Source: the human T2T-CHM13v2.0 reference genome, Homo sapiens. From it: 64,000 bases of DNA. The stretch is taken from the NCBI RefSeq assembly GCF_009914755.1, contig NC_060944.1; one strand, written 5' to 3'. A program made the position numbers and the translations under genes. Under the pieces are notes generated by a model. That model had not been told where the DNA came from. It ran no database searches and saw only the letters and a program-made list of their open reading frames with translations. Shown here piece by piece: positions 54,753 through 64,000 of the stretch. Within the stretch, counting starts at the first letter, position 1. Every line of letters begins with the position of its first letter.

Positions 54753-56729
54753 CCAAAAAGGAATGGAGACATCTACCCGCTTTTCACTAGGGTAAACTTG
54801 AATACCTTTGTTTTGTTTTGTTTTTGGAAAAAAAAAAAAACCCAAAAAAGTCTTAAATTATTACGAATAGCAAAAATTAGTGATCAGCAAGCAACCAACT
54901 TGTGGTTAAGTAATAAAATTTGTAAGACTATTATAGCCAGGAATTCTGTTTTTGAAAAATGACTTTAACAATGGGCTTTGGCTCTATTTTGAATCTTAAA
55001 GAGGATAAGAAATATGAGCTCCCAATATACAATGGAATTTAAATACAACAATTGTGGAAGTTTTGTACAGTTGTTGATGGATTACCCACAGCTGACATGC
55101 TTTTACTTGGTCAGAAGATAAAAAGAATAGAAACATTTAGGCCATTCGTGTGTTGTTAAAGCAAGTTGGAATTCAAGAAGACATCTGATTCCACTAAATC
55201 AGCGAGGAGTTTTCAAAAAGCAGATGGCATTTTAAGCCAAAAGACAGTCCTTTGAAGGATCTTGAGACATGTAATTTATCTGAATACATGTTGCTCTCAT
55301 CTGTGATTTCCTGGAGGATAGGAACTATGTCAGATTCATGCCTTCCTTCCCTAGCTCAGTGACTGGAAAGCAGAGGGGCTCAATAAATGTCTTAAGAGAA
55401 AAGAGAGGAGAAAATTTTGTAATGCTATTTGAAACTTTATGCAAAATATTTGCTCAAGTATTTCACACTCAGTACTTTTTACTTTTTGCCTATATGCATA
55501 CTAAAGTACAAATAAATTATTGCTGATTGTGTTGATTTTGCCCATTAAATTTGCATTGTATTTATTTTAAACAAGTCTATGTTTTTAGACATTAAGATAA
55601 AAATGCTACCTTATAGAAAAACAATGAACAGTGCTGTAAATTAAAATTAGCACCTTAGAAACAAAACTAAATAGATTTCAGGGTTTGTTGTTCTGAAGTA
55701 AATTCTGTGCTGCAAATTTTGAATCCTAAAATTCAGAACATAATTTTTAGGCTCCATAAAACATGTTTGTGGTTGGCTGCTTTATAGTAACATATTTTTG
55801 TATGCATTTGGCTTCATTTCTTCTATTATTGTGATTCTCATTCCACTTGTTACCTAGCAGTTGCCTTTTCTACTGTTTAAAAAATTTTTTAAGGGGGAAA
55901 TGTGTTTTGTAACTCAGAAAAACATAATGTAAGATTTCTCAAAATATATGATTTTAAAACAAGGACAATAAATGATTTCCTCTTAAAACTGACATTACTT
56001 AAATTACTAACACAATAATATCTTTAAATGTCTACATACATGTTAAATGGATTGTAATGTCTTTTGAAAAATATTTACATATTTTGTTTCAGAGACTAAG
56101 TATACTCAATTTATCTACAATGATTCCTTTGTTGACAAATAGTTACAGGCGTGACTGATTTGATAGTTCATTGGAAGAAGATCTTCGGTATCTTTCATAA
56201 AGCTTAGAATTGGCCTGGTATTTAAAAAATAATTCATGTTGGAGTAATTTTTGTATGGTTAATCCATTTAAAGACAGACAGGATAATTCATTTTTCACTG
56301 AATCATCTAGATAGTAGAGGCCTATAATTGATGATGGCAAGAATAAGAATATTTAACCTTTGGGTGAACCAAATGAATAAAACTCTTTGCAACAATTCTT
56401 GTGGGTAGAAACAGTATTTTTCTGACTCTAGTTTAGTATCTTGGGCTTCTTCCCAACTGTGAGCTTATGGAGAAATGATTCCTCTAAGGCAGAATATTAC
56501 TTAGGTTATTGTCCTATTATTTCTTTCCTTTCCATCAATTACTTCCAGTCTAGCAGCTTTTAGCAAGATTCTTGTTTGAGGTTAGCCATCCTGCTATATA
56601 ATCTGGAGTCTAGGAAAAGTACATGTCATTTTACCTGGATATTTTACTCAATATTAAACATTTATGTTCTAAGTTTGAATATCCCCCTTTCCACATCTAA
56701 AAAAGAATAAATCAAATAGTAAACCCCAT

Positions 56730-57103
56730 TGCTATAATTTGAATGTGTCCCCCAAAGTTTGTGTGTTGAAAACTTGATCCCCAAAGCAGTGGTGTTGGAA
56801 GATGGGGCCTAATAAAAGGTGTTTGGGTCATGGGGGCACCATCCTCATGAATAGGTTAATGTCCTTATCTTATAAGTGGGTTTGTTAGCATGAGAATTGG
56901 TTCATCTTCTCTTGCATACTCTCTCTTGCCCTTTCTTTGCCCTTCTGCCATGGGATGATAATATCAAGAAGGCCTCTACCAGAAGCTAGCACCTTGATAT
57001 TGGACTTTCCAGCCTCTAGAACTGTGAGAAATGAACTTTTTAAAATTATAAATTCCCCAGTCTCTGCTATTGTGTTATAGCAGCAAAAAAATGGACTAAG
57101 ATA
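56730..57103 (+). mobile_element. MSTC/MSTD-type solo LTR
   Basis: TGCTATAATTTGAATGTGTCCCCCAAAG...GGACTAAGATA with perfect TSD CCCAT. Confidence 0.88.
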
Positions 57104-57381
57104 CCCATGAAGGAGAAGTGATAATAAAGACAAGCTTAAAGCTATCTATATTTGAAGACTCTTGAAAAACTATGAATATGTCTCCAACTACTATCAAAGA
57201 TGTTAGTTAGAATATAGATTATAAAAAAATCCCATACCTCAACCATTCTCACTACTAGAAACACATATTACTAAAACCCTGTGGCCTGCCAATTGTAAGG
57301 TAATCTTTTAACATAAGAAACTGCATTAATTTTCTATAAACCCAAAGACTTGCACAATTATTTCAGAAGTGTAATTCTCCC

Positions 57382-57382
<1 letters not shown>

Positions 57383-57426
<44 letters not shown>
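57383..57426. repeat. (AC)22 microsatellite
   Basis: Read directly. Confidence 0.97.
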
Positions 57427-57428
<2 letters not shown>

Positions 57429-57994
57429 ACCACATTTCTTTTCAGTAGCTTGACTATAACTTGGAAAAAATGCTTTAGAGAAATCACTTCAGGATGGTGG
57501 AAAAAACAAAGAATCATAATTCTCCTTATGTGTAATCAATAGTAACACTCCATCTCATGTATAAGTTTCATATACTTTCAAGTCCAGCTCTCTGGCTTTG
57601 TTCATTTCATTCAACAGGACTGAAACAAAGGTCTTGGCCTCAGTTTTTCACATGAAGATGTTTGCAAAGGAAACAGTATTTTAAAGAGTATTTAATTCAC
57701 AGAAGCTGACTATAAAAAATAACTAAGAAGCTTCTTTTCTTCCAAGACTTAGTGTTTCCCTTGTTAATGAGACATTTGTCATATAGACTTGTTTACTGCC
57801 TTGTTCAGTTTCATAGAAAAAAATGATGTACTTTTAGAATTTGATATAGAAAATATTACCAGAAAAATTATAACAAATGGCATGTTTAGAATTTATAGTC
57901 TGCTGAAATACAATTTAGGTCTTTATTTTACTATGAAAATGCAATCAATAGCCAAAATCCAACGTATTCCAGTGATTGAAGTTTATTTGAATAC

Positions 57995-58750
57995 TGTGAA
58001 GTTGTGAAATACATATTTGGTCTTCCCTCTGTGTCTTTCTATAAGCTAATGAGTTAGCTGGTGACTGGCAGCCCCTAGGTAGCTTAAGGATGGGGGCTGG
58101 TCACAGAAAAGGCCAAAGAAGGCATGATTAGAGGGTTGAGACTTTTCAGCCCCATCCTCAACCTCTGGGGAGTGTAGAGGGGCTGAAGGTTGAGTTGATC
58201 AACAGTGGCCAATAATTTAATCAATCATGCGTACCTAATGAAGCTTGTATAAAAACCTGAAAAGACTGGGTTCAGGGAGCTTCCAGATAGCTGAACACCT
58301 GAAGACGACTGGAGGGTACCCCCCTGGAAGGGGCTTGGAAGATTGGCTCCTCCCATACTTATTCATTCCTTATCCGTATCTTTTGTAATGTCCTATAAAT
58401 TGCACCCGAGGAGGAGGTTGTGGGAACCTCGATTTAGAGCTGGTGGTCAGAAGCACAGGTAAAATAACTTGTGCTTTCAACTTACATTTGAAGCCAGGGG
58501 GACAGTCTTGTGGGACTGAAACCTGAACCTGTGGTATCTGGCACTATCTCCAGGTAGAAAGTATCAGAACTGAGTTAGAGGACACATAGCTGGTATCCAC
58601 TGCAGAATTGATTGCTTGCTTGGTGTGGAATGAAAATGCAATGTATTGGAAGCCCCTCTCTCCCCCATATCTGATGTCAGAAGCGTTCTGTGTGATGTGA
58701 TGTGGTGGGTAGAGAATAGAAAACACACACTTCAGTTTTTACTATATCCT
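57995..58750 (+). mobile_element. MER21A/B-type LTR
   Basis: GATGGGGGCTGGTCAC...GGCATGATTAGAGGGTTG...TTAATCAATCATGC...CTCCAGGTAGAAAGTATCAGAACTGA. Confidence 0.75.
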
Positions 58751-61700
58751 TCCACGTATTTACTGACAGCAGGCATTCATATGGAATGTCAGGCACTGCA
58801 AGCGATACACACATCCATAAGACAGCATCTCTTCCATTAAGAATCTTACCAACTCACAAAAGAAAAGAGATATGAATACATGGAAAGGTAAATGGCAATA
58901 GAGTATTTAAATAAGTAAGTAGAATTTGAATTTGTCTTTGATAATGGTGAGGAGGTGAAAGGAGTTCTTGAAAGTCTGGAACAAAAATCAAATCAACTTA
59001 TGAGTGGATAGAAGATGGGTAGGTAATGCTAAAGCCAGTATAGTAACATATGTTAAGTGTAGACTCTAGGTGGGTTCATTGTAAAATTATTTCAGCTTTT
59101 CTGTATGTTTGAAATTTTCATTAAAAAATGATGAAAAAAGACGAGCATATAAAGGGAGAGAAGTAAACTACTTTGATGGGCATTTAATTTGATGTAATGG
59201 AAAATAAAATACGAAAGGTAAGTTCTAGGAATAATTGTATTTTATTAGTTCTCTGCTTCATTTGGTCAGAAAACTAAAGGCATTTAATGTTAGAGAATAA
59301 ATTACATTGTGTATCTATCAGCTAATAATAGAATTTCCAACTCAAATTGGCTTATGTATAAGGAAAGTTATTATCGTGCCTAACAGGAAAACCAAAATTA
59401 GGACAGACTTCAGGGCTGTTTAAATCAGTTCCTTGTAAATTCTCTGAGGGGTGTAAGCACCCTCTCTGCTGTCTATAACATCATCTTCAATATGAGGCTA
59501 GTTTCTATCCACTCAAAAGATGGCTGACAGCAGTCTTCTCTCTTTCCATTGCAAAAAAATGACTGCCTTCATTTTCCCAGTTGCCCTGAGTAAACTCCTC
59601 CTTGTGTCTTTCTGTCCTAAATTGATTTAAACCTGCCCAGTTCTGAATCAAGCTCTGGTAAGAGGGTGAGGAAATACAGGCTCATGACTGGCTTAGACTC
59701 GTCATGGCAGGGGGCAGCAACACAGTGACCACTGCAGGGTAGAGAAGAGACAAAGACACCCTCCATGAGCGCTGAAGGATAAAGGGTGGGGGAAAGGCAT
59801 TTGTTCGTAAAAAGTGTAAACCAGGTACTTTTAGGAAAATTTTAGGGGAAGAATATGTTATAAAAGAGAATTATCTTTATGACAGTAACTTTTTTCAATG
59901 ATTATAAAGGCGATATGTGTTAACTATCAAAACTTCATAAAAGGCGATCAGTTATAACCTTATAATCAAGGTTTATGTTGACATTTCCTTCAAACATTTA
60001 TTATGTGTGTCTGTGTGAATAAATATATATGTTATATACTTGTTATGATACTGCCTATACAATTTTGTGTTCCACTTGCTTTCCTTACCATTATATCACC
60101 AATATTTTTAATGTCCTTGTAATGTATTTACAAATTTTGTTTAAATGGCTGCATATCTTTCCATTACAGAAAAGTACTTCATTTGGGTAAATATTCTTAT
60201 ACGATACAATATTTAAAATAAATCAATTTCTGCTTTGTTATTAACACTGGTATAAATATCTTTATAATAAAACATTGTCTGAATCTCTGATTATTTCCTT
60301 AGAAAAGATTTTCAATTAGTATATCATTAAGCCAAACTGTATGAATAGTTTTAATCTCAATACATATTGTCAAATTAAGCTTGTCACATTTTATACTTAT
60401 AATTGAGTGATGATTCCATGGTTTCTAAGTATTACTGTTATTATCATTACTATTATTTAGCAACTCCCTTTTGGCAGGAACAATATGCTTTCTCACTTTT
60501 CAGCTCCAAGGAGGTCTGTAGGAGATATAGCTACAAATATGTTTTCTGTCACTTTTGTTCTTCATTACCATCTTGCTGCATTTCTTCCTTCTTCTTTGGC
60601 ATTCTTACATTTAAAAAGTAGAGATGGGGACATGTCTCTGTTATTTCTTCTTTTATTTATTTCTAAATCTATTTCTTGTTATTTCTTGATCTAATATCCA
60701 TACAGGTTTAGGATGTAAGCATTTAAACTTTCATACGTAGAACTCCACATAGCAATGAAGGAAGAAATCAAAGAGTAAATGAATGAATTAGTGAATGAAT
60801 GCAATGAATGAGAATGCAATATCTGGTAGTTCAGAATGAAATTTTCCTTATCAAGTCCATAAAATTTGCAAATTACTTCATAAAAGTGCTTTATAGGTTT
60901 TGGCATTTTAACAATGTTTACAGTGTTTTAGAAGAGACAAAAGATTTCAGTCTTGTGGCAGTTAGCCAGAATAGGGAGCAAATGTGCATGTAATTGCACT
61001 ATTAAGTTATTAAGGGTGGTAAGAAATTTACACAAAACAGACCCTGAATTGTTTTAAATTCTGTTAGTTGAAAGGTTAACAAAGGAGAAATTATATTCTT
61101 TAACTCCTTTTTTTGTTTGTTTGTTTTTAATTCACCTTTATTTTCCACTTGGCCACATTATTTTCTTGTTAAATAAAGAAGAGTTATGAATTTTCTTAAT
61201 GAGTTAATAATGTAAGCTGAATGTCCACAGGTAAAGGGTCTTATGTTTCAAGTTCATGACATTAGGCGACAAAAATCAGTATATCCAAGTATGAATGAGT
61301 AGGGAAAAAAAGTTATTTCATTTCTGGAACCATATTTTTAGTTCCAGGATGTAACACTGTAGGAGATAATATATGTGAAAGCGTCTTGAAATTGTAAAGC
61401 ACTATCTAAATGTAAAGGATTAGTATTAGTAGTGTGGTAAATCATTTTTCTGAAGGTTGGTTTGGACCATTTATATTTTCAAAGTAGATGAATAGAAGAA
61501 AAATATGTTTTACTCCAAGAATGGCTGATTTCCTCCTCTAGAGTAGTTGTAGCACTTTTCCTGGTTTGATTTGATTAATCCTTATGCCTTCCTGGTGAGG
61601 AAGATTGGAGGCTCACGTTGCATTTTTATGGATCTTGCCTACATTAAGTTTCAGATATATAGATGCCATTTCTTACCAGTGCAGCTGACTCGTCTGTCTT

Positions 61701-62624
61701 TTAATTATTTCTTTTATCACTGAATTTCAGATGGACACACTAGAGGGACCATAGCAGGGAGCCCACTGCAGCGGCAGCAGTTGCTGCAGCGTTTGGAAGT
61801 GTTGATATGGCTTCTGGAGGTTTTTCCTGATGCTTTGAGCTGGGCTGGGGGAGGGGGAGGCATTCTCAGAAAGCTCACAGGACTCAATGCGGGGAAAGGG
61901 CCACTGGAAAAGGAGCTACCCAAGCCATTACTCTTCAGCTTTCACTGAGTGTTTATATGCCTTGGTTTTATTTCAGAAAACTAATTATGGAACATTCCAG
62001 CATTCTTCATAAAAAGTGAGCTTGGGGAGTTTATCGGGTCCTGGGGAGTCATAAGAAAAGGATCAATCCAAGAGGTGGAGCAGAAAACAATCAGGGGACT
62101 TGGAGTTTGCCAGCTGGAAAAAAAGTTAAAAGCGGCCAAAGAGCCCTGGAAGATAATAGAAGCTATATTCAGATTCCCAAGTTGTATTCTGAGTTTTTGC
62201 TCCTTGGAATATCCATAGTCCTCCATTTCAGTTTCCAAAGTACCCCTTCTCCTAAGAACTCAAGAGGCTACCCAATTTTTCTCACAATGTCCATACAGAG
62301 AAGGGGGATGAAAGGCCAGGTATTGTTATTTCAATGTCAGGCACACACAGAAACTCAGGCATAGGAAAGTAAACTGCTCAGGATGACAAAGTGTTGTTAG
62401 GTGATATAGGCTTCAATTTTATTTTTTACTCTTCAAAAACTTTTATTTGGTCAAGTGATATTTGAGAGAGATATAAAAAAAATCTTCTTTATAAAAATGT
62501 CAGTGCCTTCCAGGCCATGTGTATTCTTCCCTGTTTTAGGAATTATCAGGAACTATTGGGAACAACTGAGGCCTCTTGGTCACTAGTTACATACCTCCTT
62601 TGAACAATCTCTTCCTTCACTTTC

Positions 62625-62861
62625 TTTTTTTTTTTTTCTGCAATCTTCGACTCCTGGGTTCAAGCGATTCTCCTGTCTCAGCCTCTCGAGTAGCTGGGAC
62701 TACAGGCCCTGCCACTATGCCCAGCTAATTTTTATATTTTTAGTAGAGTCAGGATTTTGTCATATTGGTCAGGCTGGTCACAGACTCCTGACCTCAGGTG
62801 ATCCACCTGGCTTAGCCTCCCAAAATGCTGGGATTATAGGCATGAGCCACCATGCCTGGCC
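62625..62861 (-). mobile_element. AluSx-type lacking its last ~58 nt but with A tail and TSD
   Basis: Poly(T) joins directly to CTGCAA. TSD TCTTCCTTCACTTTCTT (62610-62626 and 62862-62878). Confidence 0.92.
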
Positions 62862-62879
62862 TCTTCCTTCACTTTCTTA

Positions 62880-64000
62880 CAGTGAGGCCTGGCTGTCTCC
62901 AAAGGATTTGCTCTCCCTGCAGCCTTCTCATCCAGTTCTGTTCATTTTTCCTGTACACCATGCACCATGGGTCCTAGATGAAAGAAAGATGACCTCCTTG
63001 TTCATAAAAATCATTTGCAGACTATTTTTCCTTCTCTTCTAGAAAGAAAAAAAGAATCAACTTCTTTGAAATGTATGTTTACTTGTATGTCCTCAGATTA
63101 TCCCATCTAGAGTTAACATTTTTTCTCCTGGTTGCTTCCTCTCAGTTACAGGGAATTTTAGCATTTTTTCCCCCATGACTACTTTCTTAATTCTTGGTGG
63201 CTCCAGCAAAGAATGGAAGGTTCTTGGCTGGTCCATCCATCACCTAAGCCCCCCAGTTCCTTGACTTTCTCTCCTTCACTTCTCTTCTGGTCTACCCATC
63301 CTCACTCACTCCCTGCACAGTCATACTCTTTTTGATCTTGCCATTGCAATAATTGCACCAGCTCCATAATGTTAGTTTTGAGCATCCCGTTCTTTGACTA
63401 CTACTTCTTATCTTTGCAGCTCCTTCCCTGAATCCAAGAAGCCATTAATCCCACACACATCTCCACACTTGAGCCTACTATATTCCACCATTCATCCTCC
63501 CCTTAACATTCACACCTCCCTGGCATGGAGTTCACAAGCCACTGTGATGATCTCTCCAGAACACACACCCTCAACTCCCTTGACTCCCTCAAAGTCACCT
63601 AGAAAAAACTCACCACCAGTTAAGTCCTCCTTTCTGCCTGCTCTCCACCTATTTCCAGGCAGTTGAACATGACTGGGGAAAAGCTCACAACCACACTCTG
63701 GTCTCAAGTGGGTCCTCAGCCTCCTAGAAAGTCTCTTCACATTCCCTCAGTTAAGCCAGTCCCTCATCACTAAGAAAACCACTTCCTCAGTCATTAACAT
63801 CATTAGCATCAACTCCAATCTACTTGTTTTCAACTTTCCCCAGAGAAAATAGAAGCTATCACCAGAGAACTTTGTCTTCAAACTACTAAATCTACCAACC
63901 TGCCTGCTTCTTTATCCCATACACTTACCCTGGATCCCTGGCCCTCACTCACTTGATGTTTGCTTCTGCCTTAGCCATATTTTTTCTTTTCTCTTGACTC
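62880..64000 (+). mobile_element. L2 LINE internal (endonuclease-region) remnant, continuing past the window end
   Basis: CT-rich. CAGTCATACTC...GATCTTGCCATT...AGCATCCCGTTCTTTGACTAC resembles the L2 HTLDL...SDH coding region. CAGAGAAAATAGAAGCTATC is also L2-like. Confidence 0.6.

Overview
Primate (almost certainly human-type: AluJ, AluS and AluY, THE1, MLT2A, Tigger1) AT-rich non-coding DNA, intronic or intergenic. I recognise no protein-coding exon. The ORF track is mostly explained by Alu, MaLR, MER52 and Tigger1 remnants and by a TA/CA tract. Repeat family names come from my recollection of consensus sequences, not from a search. The most notable structures are: (1) a chimeric LTR retroelement at 517-2764 with a HERV-L MLT2A 5' LTR, a THE1 internal region and a THE1A 3' LTR inside one CCATG target-site duplication, which suggests strand transfer between co-packaged HERV-L and THE1 genomes; (2) an old inverted duplication (4750-5743 to 6601-6960) that made two back-to-back U6 pseudogenes, one with a tail expanded into a ~670-bp fold-back TA/CA tract; (3) strong + strand splice signals in repeat-free DNA (a 21-nt microexon candidate at 29310-29330 and an AG|GTAAGT recursive-splice-like site at 48471); (4) several template-switch or fold-back scars. 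I found no evidence of a new multi-gene system.
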